This document shows, piece by piece, positions 32,710 through 43,200 of a stretch of DNA of 64,000 nt (position 1 is the stretch's first letter; each line of letters begins with the position of its first letter). The stretch is taken from NCBI GenBank assembly GCA_002269645.1, contig NIVC01000616.1, forward strand, positions 62,001-126,000, read 5' to 3'. Below the pieces are notes generated by a model. That model did no database searches and had not been told where the DNA came from. It worked only from the letters and a program-made list of their open reading frames with translations. The stretch comes from Macrostomum lignano. Its lineage: Eukaryota. Position numbers and translations under genes: made by a program.

Positions 32710-33894
32710 TTATTTTTTGTTGAACCGCGAAAGCAGAAGCTCTCTCGCCCTCTTATCGATGTATTTTCTCTCAAGCATTTTGTCCAGGATGTTGAAAAAT
32801 TCTTTTCTATTCTCGTCTTTCATTCCGGTCTTTGCCGCTCCTAGAAGAACCGCTACTCGCTTGTAGATTTCAGCTATTCCTTTTCCAGATTTGGGTGGTT
32901 GGTCTTGAGGTTGTGGAGTTGGTTGGGCTTGTAGCTGCTGGGGAGGTGATGCAAAAGACTGCTCACTTTCAGAGATGGAACTGTCATGTGGTGCCTGTCT
33001 TTGTTGAGGTGTGAAAACTCTTTGCTTGATTCTGTTCATTCGATCTGGAGAGTGTTGTTCTAAGTGTTGCCAGTCTGTCGGGTGATCATTTTTATATTTA
33101 GCTACTTGAGTCGGATCTGCATTTTCCAGTTGCCTGAGTACTTGTTCTTCTGTGAAATGTTGCTGCTGTTGTGGCGATTGCTGTTGTTGCTGTTGTTGTT
33201 GTGGTTGTTGTCTTATGACCTCTTCCTGATCCGGCAAACCAAACCATTGTTTAAAGTATTTGTATTTTCTAAATCTGTTCAAGACAATCCAGTTTTCATG
33301 TAAAATTTTCAAAACACCGTTGTTCTTGAGCATATCTATATCCCTATCGAGAGCAAAGGTAACAAGATCTTTGTAATTTTTGAGCTGCTTTTTAGACGTA
33401 TTCTCTAGATTTTTAGTCATGTAATCAAGTAAAGTTTGAGTGAACTGGATTCTTTTAGTTTTTGCGCCTTTATTGATTGAAATGTTTTCCTTTGTCACTT
33501 CAATGTTGTAATCCGCCGGTTCCCCGGTAATATTTTTTCGCCAGGCGCTAATTCCAAAAATATATTTTCCATCATCCACTACGGGGCCAAAAAAGTTATC
33601 CGTCACTTTCATCTGCACCGGTTGTCCTGGTTCCTGAGCCTGTGGTTGTCCTGGTGAAGATGGGATTTTACCCAATGTGTTTTGCAAGTGGCTCTCTTGA
33701 ATATCATCAACTGCTTCCTTCACAGTGTCGAGGTTTTTCTTCGCTTCTGTGTATCCGGGTTTGTGAAATTCGGTGGCTGCTTGGACAAACTCATTGTAGG
33801 ATTGTTGCTCCTTATTTATTAGCCCGGTAACTCGTTTCTCTGCTTGTGCTAGCTTCTCCAATTCAGATATCTGCTGTGTACTTTTTCGCTTCAT
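32710..33894 (-). CDS. Conserved Polinton protein of unknown function, 394 aa, with polyQ
   Basis: C-terminal GKG...RVAVLLGAAKTG...EFFNILDKML resembles a common Polinton C-terminal domain. Confidence 0.7.
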   Translation of the reverse strand: MKRKSTQQISELEKLAQAEKRVTGLINKEQQSYNEFVQAATEFHKPGYTEAKKNLDTVKEAVDDIQESHLQNTLGKIPSSPGQPQAQEPGQPVQMKVTDNFFGPVVDDGKYIFGISAWRKNITGEPADYNIEVTKENISINKGAKTKRIQFTQTLLDYMTKNLENTSKKQLKNYKDLVTFALDRDIDMLKNNGVLKILHENWIVLNRFRKYKYFKQWFGLPDQEEVIRQQPQQQQQQQQSPQQQQHFTEEQVLRQLENADPTQVAKYKNDHPTDWQHLEQHSPDRMNRIKQRVFTPQQRQAPHDSSISESEQSFASPPQQLQAQPTPQPQDQPPKSGKGIAEIYKRVAVLLGAAKTGMKDENRKEFFNILDKMLERKYIDKRARELLLSRFNKK

Positions 33895-33924
33895 TTCTTA
33901 TTTTATTTTATTTTTAGTTAAAAA

Positions 33925-35211
33925 ATGAACGACCCACTGACACCAGTTTTCTACAAAATTAACAAGCCTATTTTGAGTGATGATAGCAAAATCAAAGCGA
34001 CTCAGGTAAGAGTTCCCAGTCAGGAAAATCAGAATGAAACTAATCTTGGTCCTGGCCAAACACTGACATTTACATACAATGGATGTTCGTCTTTGGTTAG
34101 TGTGCACAGTCTTAAGAGCGGCTTCCATATGACATTTCAATTCAAGACAAAGGGTGGTGCGGATGCGGCTTGTGCTAACGTTGACAAGCATGATGCGGAT
34201 GTGGCTCTGATCAGTAACTTTTGGGCGTACATGTTCAAGGAGTTTAGTGTATCGAATGGGAGCACTGAGTTGGAGCGAATCGCCAACTTTGGAATTGTCT
34301 ATGACGCTCATTGTTTGATCGAGAATCCTGATTTTATTCAGTTGAGAAGTGGTGCGGGTTTTATTGCAGATGAAAAAGAAGGAGATATCAATGACAGTGG
34401 CTATAAAAAGAGGAAGAAGAGATACAACTATGCATTGCAAGGTGCTGATGATGCTGCTAAGAACCCGCTGTATCGGTCTGTTGATGTATTTGTACCATTG
34501 AGATTCATGAGTGGATTCTGTAATACATTTAATCGACTGACTAGTAACTTTAGCTACACTTTTAAGATGACTAGAGATGATCGCAGTAGAGTGTTGTGGA
34601 CTGGGGCGGACCACACAAGGATGGAGGTGAAGCTAACCGGAATCGAGCTGTATTTGGAAGTCATTGAGTCAAAGACCGCACTAAAAGCAGACTATCTTAA
34701 GGCAATAGAGAAGGACATTGATGTTGCATACACGGCCTACATGTGTCGAGATGAGCGAAACGAAACTAGAACAAACATCTGCATTAAAGAGGGATCATGC
34801 AGCAATCCACAGTATATCATTATTAACATGAGAAACCCAAATAGCATTATACGCTACATGCATGGAGACGTGCGGTCCATTCAGCATGAAATCAGTGATA
34901 ATCTTTACCCTGCACTGCCACAAAATGGAGATTTCAGTCAGAACAAGATTAGCAAATTTTACAGCGAGTTGGTCGACTTGGCTGTGAAAGAGAACAATGG
35001 AATTGCTATCACTGCTCTTCAATATGGAACTCTATATCCGATGTTTGGCGCTGATGTGTCTGCCAGACAAATGCCTACTGATAACAGCCCTGTGAATATC
35101 GTGACTAACATTGAAAGGACTGCCGCAACACCCGTGGACCTGTACATTATCTATGCATTTGAGAGGAAGGTGAAGCTTAACATGATCAACAATTCATCCA
35201 GTAAAGTTTAA
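33925..35211 (+). CDS. Major capsid protein (double jelly-roll), 428 aa
   Basis: Beta-rich composition, FKEFSVSNGSTELE, VFVPLRFMSGF, NLYP, FGADVS; size and position next to the penton; no frameshift. Confidence 0.8.
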   Translation: MNDPLTPVFYKINKPILSDDSKIKATQVRVPSQENQNETNLGPGQTLTFTYNGCSSLVSVHSLKSGFHMTFQFKTKGGADAACANVDKHDADVALISNFWAYMFKEFSVSNGSTELERIANFGIVYDAHCLIENPDFIQLRSGAGFIADEKEGDINDSGYKKRKKRYNYALQGADDAAKNPLYRSVDVFVPLRFMSGFCNTFNRLTSNFSYTFKMTRDDRSRVLWTGADHTRMEVKLTGIELYLEVIESKTALKADYLKAIEKDIDVAYTAYMCRDERNETRTNICIKEGSCSNPQYIIINMRNPNSIIRYMHGDVRSIQHEISDNLYPALPQNGDFSQNKISKFYSELVDLAVKENNGIAITALQYGTLYPMFGADVSARQMPTDNSPVNIVTNIERTAATPVDLYIIYAFERKVKLNMINNSSSKV

Positions 35212-35234
35212 ATATTTTTTTGTGGGTGAAAAAA

Positions 35235-36098
35235 ATGGAAGCCATAGCCGAAAGACTAAACAACATTGTTTCTCACTCTAAGGAGAGCATTCCTATTACA
35301 ATAACCGGGCGAATTAATGACTCAAACGGGATGTTTGTTGAAAAATTAGAGCAGGCGATTCGCCTGGATCCAGGCGCTAATTACCATGTCTATATTAACG
35401 ACTTCACTGGTTGGTCAAACGTTCCCAATGTGATGGCAGCAAATAATAAGTTTTATTACAAATGGAAAGGTGCAGCAGCAGACCCTGTGGTATTCCATGT
35501 GAGCACGCAAAGTGTGGATACCTACAATAACTTTCTAGAAAATGTCTTTACTAAAAGAGGCCATTTTGAGACACCTGATGCGAGTAAGCCAGAGAAGAAA
35601 CTGTTCCCTGTCAAACTAACCTATGATCTCACTGTAATGAGAGTGGTCATGCAAGTTCACAAAGATGCGGAGGTTGAGTTTAAAGATGACACTTGGTATA
35701 GGGAACTGGGATTCGAGAAGAAAGTTTATAAGGCAGAATCCACGGCGCGGACCGCCACTCAAGCATCGGGGACCGTTAAAATGGCCCGGGAAAATGTAAG
35801 TGGTTTGTTCTTAGCACCCAATATTGCAGACATTGTAAAGGGTTTGAATATTCTAATCAGAAGCAATCTCAGTCTTGATTGGGTATTTAAGGGAAAGCGA
35901 ACGAATATTTTGTACAACATCTCTAACTCTGTTGCTGGAGGACAGATGCTGGTAGAGAAACCAAATCCAGTGAAAAGAGTAGTATTGAGTAATAAGGAGA
36001 TTCACGAGATTGTGTTACAGTTTGAGACTGAAGATGGGGTGGGTGTTGATTTCAACGGTGAAGAGTTTGTACTGACGTTGATCATTGAGAGAATGTGA
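35235..36098 (+). CDS. Minor capsid protein (penton)
   Basis: NNKFYY, IRSNL...NILY, terminal EDGVGVDFNGEEFVLTLII motif. Confidence 0.85.
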   Translation: MEAIAERLNNIVSHSKESIPITITGRINDSNGMFVEKLEQAIRLDPGANYHVYINDFTGWSNVPNVMAANNKFYYKWKGAAADPVVFHVSTQSVDTYNNFLENVFTKRGHFETPDASKPEKKLFPVKLTYDLTVMRVVMQVHKDAEVEFKDDTWYRELGFEKKVYKAESTARTATQASGTVKMARENVSGLFLAPNIADIVKGLNILIRSNLSLDWVFKGKRTNILYNISNSVAGGQMLVEKPNPVKRVVLSNKEIHEIVLQFETEDGVGVDFNGEEFVLTLIIERM

Positions 36099-36251
36099 GA
36101 AAATGCGTTCCCCTTTTAAGTATTCTTGCCGAGAATAGAGTGGTATGAAAAATGCGCGCATGTGTACTCAAAATCTCTTACCCCATTCTCACAGGTTGTG
36201 GGCGCGGGCGTCTCGTGTGTGGGGGAGAGGGGAGTGTATGTGTGTGGGTGC

Positions 36252-37238
36252 AGCGCGCGTGGGGGGGAGAGAGATTTTCACTTTAACTGAGCCCAGGCGA
36301 GGAAGAATTCCGTCTCGAGGGAAGGCCAGAATGCAAAGGATTTCGGCCTCGCGCAAGGCCAGAATGCAAATGATTTTGGCCTTTTGGCCTTTCGGTTTTT
36401 TAACGCAATTGCCTAATGATTTCTTCAAAGTTATAGTAGCTATCGTAATCTTTTACGTAGGTTACTCCATACTTATGAAACCAGTGAGGTTTAAGTGCTT
36501 GTTAATATTAGGGACATTGATATCAACACCGGGCCAATATTTTCTCATGTACTCGCTGCATTCTAGTTTGCATTGGTACTTGGATTTGTACAATGGATGA
36601 GGCTGAGTATAATAGGAACCTGAAGAGACAACTGGAAACATTTTTATTGAGAATTTAATTTTTTTTCAAAGGGTAAGGACCCTGCGCTGATGATTTAAAG
36701 TCTTAGGGATCTGGTAGCATGTTGTGGATTGAATGTGGGGAGAAGAATGCAGATTGTTTTCTGATTGTTTCGAAGATGCTATGGGTGGATGTCAGTGGAT
36801 TATGTAGGACACCTGTTATGCTCTGATTCTGTCGTGGAGGAAGGAGGATAGGTTAGGGGGATTATGGATGACATTTTGTGAGCGAGTAGGACACCTGTTA
36901 TGCTCTGATTCAGGGATAATATGGATGGATTTAATGGGATTATGTTTGAAGTTTTCGGAGCAAGTAGGACACCTGTTATGCTCTGATTCTGTCGGGGATA
37001 ATATGGATGGATTTAATGGGATTATGGAGGATGTTTTGTGAGCGAGTGCAACCCCCGCCCTTTTTTCTGATTCTGTCGCGGATAATATGGATGGATTTAA
37101 TGGGATTATGTTCGAAGTTTTTGGAGTAAGTGCGACCCCCCTTTTTTCTGATTCTGTTGGGGATAATATGGATGGATTTAATGGGATTATGGAGGACGTG
37201 AAAAATTTTGTCCCAGAAGCCCCCTCATGCATTCTACT
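36252..37238 (-). repeat. Right terminal inverted repeat of the Polinton
   Basis: Imperfect reverse complement of the left TIR; ends CTACT. Confidence 0.9.
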
Positions 37239-38069
37239 CTTCTTGATAGTAAAATTATTTTAATAAATGTTTAATACAAGGACAAAGTAGACTATATTTT
37301 TTAAAGAGACTAATAGTGCAACTTTTAATAAAGCATTTGTTTTTATTAATAGATATTACTATATTATAATATATCAAATATGTGTGATTAGTTATCAAGC
37401 CTATGGGCTAGTATTAGCTAGTTTTAGCTTAAGTATAATTATTTAGGCCTAATCCATTGGAATATTTGACTAGTTAACTATAGGATAGTATGGCATACTA
37501 GTATGATATGATATATAAAATTAGAGTATGTTATTATAGATATAAAATAATATTTGCAAGGCAAGATGATGACTCTAACCAAGTTAAAAAGGAAAATTCT
37601 AGGCTAAAAGACTGAGCTAGCCTATATGCACCTTTATAATATACAGCCTAATATAGTTTTAATATACTTCTTAATGATGAAACTAATAATATTGCTTAAA
37701 TTCTTACCACTATATACCAAAACCTATATTATAAAAAATTTCAGATTGTGTATTTAGTATACGAGACCTCATTTGTATGCCAGGTTTGTATGCTGATACA
37801 AAAATTTTTCTTTTTTTGTTCAAATTTGTCAAAAATATTGCTAAGATATACTTTGATTTATGCTAAAAATTGTTAAGTACCTTCTTATTCTTATATGCTA
37901 GGAAATCCTGGCATACATGTTGCCTTCCAAATGTGGTGATCCAGCGTAGCTAGCATAGGCTGCTCCTGGGATCCCCTCTTAGTCAGTTAGTGCTTGGGCT
38001 GCAGCAGTGGGAGCTGGGCATAGGGCTGTCCCTTCCTCCTCTTCCCTTGTGCAGGCTCAGGTGTGCAGC

Positions 38070-39068
38070 TGTCGCGGGACAGGGAGAGAAACTCTCTCCC
38101 CCTCTCCCCCTGGCGCAGTCTGCAATGGGCTAAAAATAGAAACATTAGTCAGTGGGATATTTCTCCTTTAGTACAGGCTTATTTAGTCAGCGGGAGTGAG
38201 AGCATAGCTCTCCGCCCGGGGTAGGATTTCGTGGGGTCTTGGTTGCACTCCTTGCATGCGGCAACATGCAAGCAGTGTACCAGCAGGCCATGCGGAGGCT
38301 GCATGATGAGGCAGATGTCTTATGGACATCTCCAAGATCGCTCCTGGCTCCGGGTAGTCCACGGAACTGCCATGGGATCTGCCACGGAACTGCCTCTGAG
38401 CTTCCCATTGGCCCTGAGACCCCCGAATTTTAGTATAAATACAGAGTAGGTGAAGGCCCAAAGAGACCATCCTCTCGGAGACCGCCTGCTTGGCTTCGAG
38501 CAAAGGCTAGTATTCCTAGATGCTTTTCCTAGATTAACTAGCTTAGGCAGATCGCTAGACGCTTTTCCTAGGGATAACCTGCTAACAAATCCTTGTTGCA
38601 GCTGCCATTTGCTCATTAAGATTGCCGCAGGTCTTTGTGTCATCAGCTCGCCAGACCTTCGACACCGTCTGGACCTGGTCTCGTGGCCTACAACCTACGC
38701 TGTTGGGCAACATCAGTAACACCTAATAGGGTTGGGACTTGTTACTGCGACACCAGTTGAGCTATTAGACGATATTTTAGGATCGGCCTGTGACCGTTAC
38801 TCACATTAATAAACGTTTAACTGACTTGTTTGTCTTATTTATTTTCTACTTATCAGTAGGCCTACCTAGGGGTAACCTGTCGAGGATATCACCTGTAGAC
38901 CTACAAGGTGGCAGCAACCCAACTACCAATACTCGGTTATTATCTAACTGTACTCAGTGGAGACTAAGAGGGGTTAATTCGGACCATAGTGCTAGACCAC
39001 TCAGGCCAGCTACCGGCCGTGCTAGATAGCGAGGACAGACAGAGGAAGCAGTAGGCACAGCCATAACA
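38070..39068 (+). repeat. Putative 5' LTR of Gypsy element 2 (left end uncertain)
   Basis: TGT start, TATAAATA at ~38436, AATAAA at ~38808, ends ...ATAACA one base before the PBS. Confidence 0.5.
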
Positions 39069-39069
39069 C

Positions 39070-39261
39070 TGGTGGCAGCGGTGGGATAACAAGACCTACC
39101 CGACCACCCAGGGAAATCCTTGTTCTATCTCAGGCGAAAGCCACGGCATAACACTGGTGGCAGCGGTGGGATATCAAGACCTACCCGACCACCCAGGGAA
39201 GTCCTTGTTCTATCTCGAGCCAGAAGAGCACCAGCCATAACACTGGTGGCAGCGGTGGGAT
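39070..39261 (+). promoter_or_regulatory. Three tRNA-Leu primer-binding sites (39070-87, 39155-72, 39244-61)
   Basis: TGGTGGCAGCGGTGGGAT is complementary to the tRNA-Leu 3' end ATCCCACCGCTGCCA-CCA. Confidence 0.85.
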
Positions 39262-39326
39262 CCGGTAAAATGACCACGTCAATCCTTCGTCCACCTACGT
39301 CTTAGTCTCACTTAGTAATCATAGCA

Positions 39327-40292
39327 ATGTCTATTGCCAGCAGTCGTGCTTCAATGGCACCACCTGACGATGGTGCTGGAGCAGGAGCTGAGGAACCGGT
39401 ACTAGGCGAACGTCTCGATCGTCTCGCCGATGCACTGGAGCGCCAGCTTGGTATAGGCCAAGTCAGGCAGCATGTTAAGATGGCCAAATACACGCCATCC
39501 CAAGACATCCGCACGTGGATCAAAGCCTTCGATCTTCGCTGCGATACCGAAGACATTCGTGCCTGCCACAGGAAGGCGGAGTTGCTCGCCAACCTTGACG
39601 TGCACACGGCGTATGCTTCGGTCTTGCGCCTGAACTTGCCAGATCATCTGGATTATGAAGAGTTTAAGGAAGCGCTGATTGAGAGATTCTCAAAGAGAGG
39701 CGGCTCACAGGAATTCCGAGAAGATTTCCGCTGCCGAACTCAGCGCAAGAACGAGGACATTGACGAGTTTGCAGATGCTCTCCGCGAACTCGGAGAACTC
39801 GCTTATCCTTATCTCTTGCCAGCTCAGCTCGAATCAGAACTTGTTGATCAGTTCCTGAAAGGTGTCAGAACTACAATTGAGGCGAGAGAACGGCTGTACT
39901 GGGGTCGTCCAGAGACTCTACAGGACGCCAAGTTCGCCTTCAAGCGCATCGAGACAGCGCGTGAGCTTGCTGCCCGCAGCAAAGACGCACCCTGTCGCAG
40001 CCTTGGTGGGGACAAAGCTACGGTTCCCCGACAGGACGATGAGCTTAAGAATCTAATCAGGCATCAGAATGAGGTTCTGCAGAAGCAGCAGCAGATGCTT
40101 GAGCAGCTTCTCAAGCAGACGCCAGCCGCACCTGTCAGAGATAGGCTGCAAGGCATTGTGTGCCACGAGTGCGGTAAACCAGGTCACAAGAGGCCTGACT
40201 GTCCTAAGTTCAAGGCTCAGAAGCCGGGAAACGTCCGGGCGGGGGTTGCCAACCAGGACCCTCTCCAGGGCCAACCCCCGAAGTCGCACTAA
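39327..40292 (+). CDS. gag: Gag with CCHC zinc knuckle
   Basis: CHECGKPGHKRPDC; QRKNEDIDEF, LVDQFLKG retrotransposon gag-like motifs. Confidence 0.92.
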   Translation: MSIASSRASMAPPDDGAGAGAEEPVLGERLDRLADALERQLGIGQVRQHVKMAKYTPSQDIRTWIKAFDLRCDTEDIRACHRKAELLANLDVHTAYASVLRLNLPDHLDYEEFKEALIERFSKRGGSQEFREDFRCRTQRKNEDIDEFADALRELGELAYPYLLPAQLESELVDQFLKGVRTTIEARERLYWGRPETLQDAKFAFKRIETARELAARSKDAPCRSLGGDKATVPRQDDELKNLIRHQNEVLQKQQQMLEQLLKQTPAAPVRDRLQGIVCHECGKPGHKRPDCPKFKAQKPGNVRAGVANQDPLQGQPPKSH

Positions 40293-43200
40293 AGCAGTCT
40301 GGAGAGTCTGGCGATACCGTAGACTCTTCTTTTGTAAATAATGTATATAACTCTGGTGCTGATCCTTATGTAACTGCGCTTATTTTCGGCCAACAGGTTC
40401 CCTTGCTTCTCGACAGCGGGAGCAGACTGAACCTGATGGGCCTTTCTACTTGGCGATTGTTATCGCGCAGTACTGCACATGCATGCGTAGTTACACCTAC
40501 TTATTCTGATCGTATTCTAACCTATGATGGTTCTGAATTACAGCTAACCGGTAAGGTTATGCTTGATGTTGTCTTCGGAGATTTCTCAGCTGAAGCTGAA
40601 TTCTACATTGTAAGCGGCGATCAGGAGAATCTCCTAGGCATTGATTTTATGAGGAAGCACTGTCGGACCTTGGAGTTCCAGACAGGAATGCTTACCCTCA
40701 CTACTGGTACTTGTGTACCTGTGCGCTATACGCGCCGTGAGCCAACCTCGTGCAGAGTCTATGTTGCCGGAAAACATCAGATTCCTGCTCGAAGTTCTGG
40801 CCTTATATCTGTGCAACTGGCACGTGGCAAAGAATCGAATTATGGAGTGCCAGCAGTGGTTGAACCACTCAGATCTGGACTCCGCGCTGGGCTTTCCCAG
40901 GTCCGCGCATCTGCAGCATTGGTAACGATGCATGAAGGCAAAGGCTACATGGAAGTCGTTAATCCTAACAACTTTCCGATTAATATAGCCAAAGGAGCCT
41001 TGGTGGGCCTTGCCACACCGCTCCGGACGCAAGACCTCGAGTACTATCCAGAACTGAAAGCAACACCTGTGCGTAAGTTGCACCTAGACGATAACATCAA
41101 TTCAGCCAGTGACGATTGGATCAATGAGATAGAGATAGGCGATTCGATCACGGAGGACCAGAAGTCCCAGGTTCGAGAGCTGATCAGAGAGTCGCGTAAT
41201 GCGTTCTCCACGCACACTCTTGATCACGGTCTGACTCACCTGGTGACCCATCAGATCGTCATGCGGGACGAGACTCCAGTTAGGATCCCAGCTCGCAGGG
41301 TCCCCCCGCACTTGCAGGATCAGGTCAATCAGCTACTAGATGAGATGCTAGAGAAGGGCTTGATCAGGCCATCTTATTCAAGCTACAGCTCTCCTATCTT
41401 AGTAGTGCCTAAGAAGGACAAATCTGTCCGCATAGTCCATGACTATCGCGAGCTGAATGAGAAATGCGAATATCGCCCGTATCCGTTGCCATCTATCCAG
41501 GAGACGTTTGCATGTCTCCGTGGATCTCAATGGTTCAGCAGCTTGGATCTTGCTCAAGGGTTCTATCAGATCCCGTTGCGTGAAGAGGATCGTTTTCGCA
41601 CAGCCTTCTCAGTGATCAATCGAGGTCAGTTTGAGTTCAACGTCTTGCCTATGGGGCTTCGCGATAGCCCTGGAGCCTTCCAGCGATGCATCAATATGCT
41701 GCTAGACGGTATCACTAAGTTCGCCTTAGGATACATGGATGACATTGTCATTCATAGTATTGCCTTCGAGGAGCACCTCGAACATCTTCGCGAAATGTTC
41801 AGGCGGCTCATTGAAGCCAATCTTAAGCTAAAGCCACGCAAATGCCATCTGTTTAAGACAGAGTTGCACTATCTCGGACATGTAGTCGATAGACGAGGCA
41901 TTAGGACTAATGAAGACAAGGTACAGCAGATACTAGACTGGCCGCGTCCTCAGACAGTCAAGCAGCTGCAGAGCTTTCTAGGTCTCTGTAACTACTATGC
42001 CAAATTCGTCAAGAATTACGCCGAAATTGCTGCCCCGTTGCATCAATTGACTCGGAAGAACCTTGTTGGGTTCAAGGGGCTCTGGACAGAGCAACACTCG
42101 AAAGCTTTCGATGAGCTCAAGAAGAAGCTGTGCTCTACTGAGGTCCTCGCGTACCCAGAGTACAACACAGACCCAGACACAGTCTTCGTCCTGGATTGTG
42201 ATGCCTCCGGTTTCCGAATCGGCGCCTGTTTAGGCCAGCGCCAATCCGATGGTGCGGAGCGGCCTGTTGCCTATTTTAGTCGGAAATTGCGCGAGCCTGA
42301 AACGAGGTACAACAACACCAAGCGTGAGCTTTTGGCCGTTGTTGACTCGATGAGGCATTTTCGATATTACTTAATCGGCAAGAGATTTGAGGTTAGAACA
42401 GACCACAGGGCTCTTCTTTGGCTCATTCGCCAGACTGAAGCCGAAGGGATCTTGGGTCGTTGGGTCGAACGGCTAAGTGAATTCGACTTTGCTGTCATTC
42501 ATCGGAAGGGAAGTTTGCACCAGAACGCAGACAGCTTATCAAGAAAGCCGGACGGTCCGGAGTTCGATGACTGTCGTCCTGGAGCACGGACACCCAACCA
42601 GACAGAAAATGAGGCCACTGTACCCTCAGCCCTCGGATTAGTCGAAGACGCCGACCAAGTAACATCCAGCAGTTCTGCCTCGCAGGAATCTCGTATTGCC
42701 GTCGCCGGCTCATCATGTTGTCCCTCAGTGGACCGATGTCCGACACCCGTTATCGCGGCCGTTTCTGCCGACTCAACATGTTGTTCCTCAGTGAACCGTT
42801 GTTCGGCTGGAGCGTCTGAGGCTGTCTGCCAGACTGATGCGACATGTTGTCCCTCAGTGGACCGCCGCTCGGAATGGGCAGCCAAGGTTGCTGGTTTAGC
42901 TGTGGACTTTGCCCCAGTTGGACGCCACACTACCGCACCTACGGCCATAGAAGCTGTTCGCCCTCGTGTCTCAGGTGACCTGACCGCAGGAATCCGGACC
43001 GACGACGCAGCAAGGCCATTATCTGCTTCAATAACGGAATCAGCGAACCGTAGCGTTAGTGAGGATGTCCCTCCACGCTGTCGTGTTCTGCTTAGTGATT
43101 TTCTGTCCGAACCTCTGAAGCGAGACCAACTGCTCCTCGAGCAGCAGAAGGACCCGGACATTGAGTTCGTCAGAAATCTTTTAGCGACTAGTTCGCCCAA

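Larger units (their letters stand above)
22316..37238. mobile_element. Full-length Polinton/Maverick (adintovirus-like endogenous virus), 14,923 bp
   Basis: Termini AGTAG...CTACT, 6-bp TSD CTTCTT (22310-15 / 37239-44), long TIRs, genes for INT, pPolB, protease, ATPase, major and minor capsid. Confidence 0.96.

Noticed and set aside
33898-34614. 238-aa antisense ORF over the major capsid gene, and similar antisense ORFs over pol genes
   Set aside because: Shadow frames of real genes, with no motifs or start context.
36145-36600. 151-aa ORF at the right end of the Polinton
   Set aside because: Mostly TIR sequence mirroring the PLA2 read-through tail; no recognisable domain.
38070-38752. Solo LTR bounded by TGTCGC...GCGACA
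   Set aside because: Flanks (GCAGC / CCAGT) do not form a TSD and no PBS follows; treated instead as part of the longer putative LTR.
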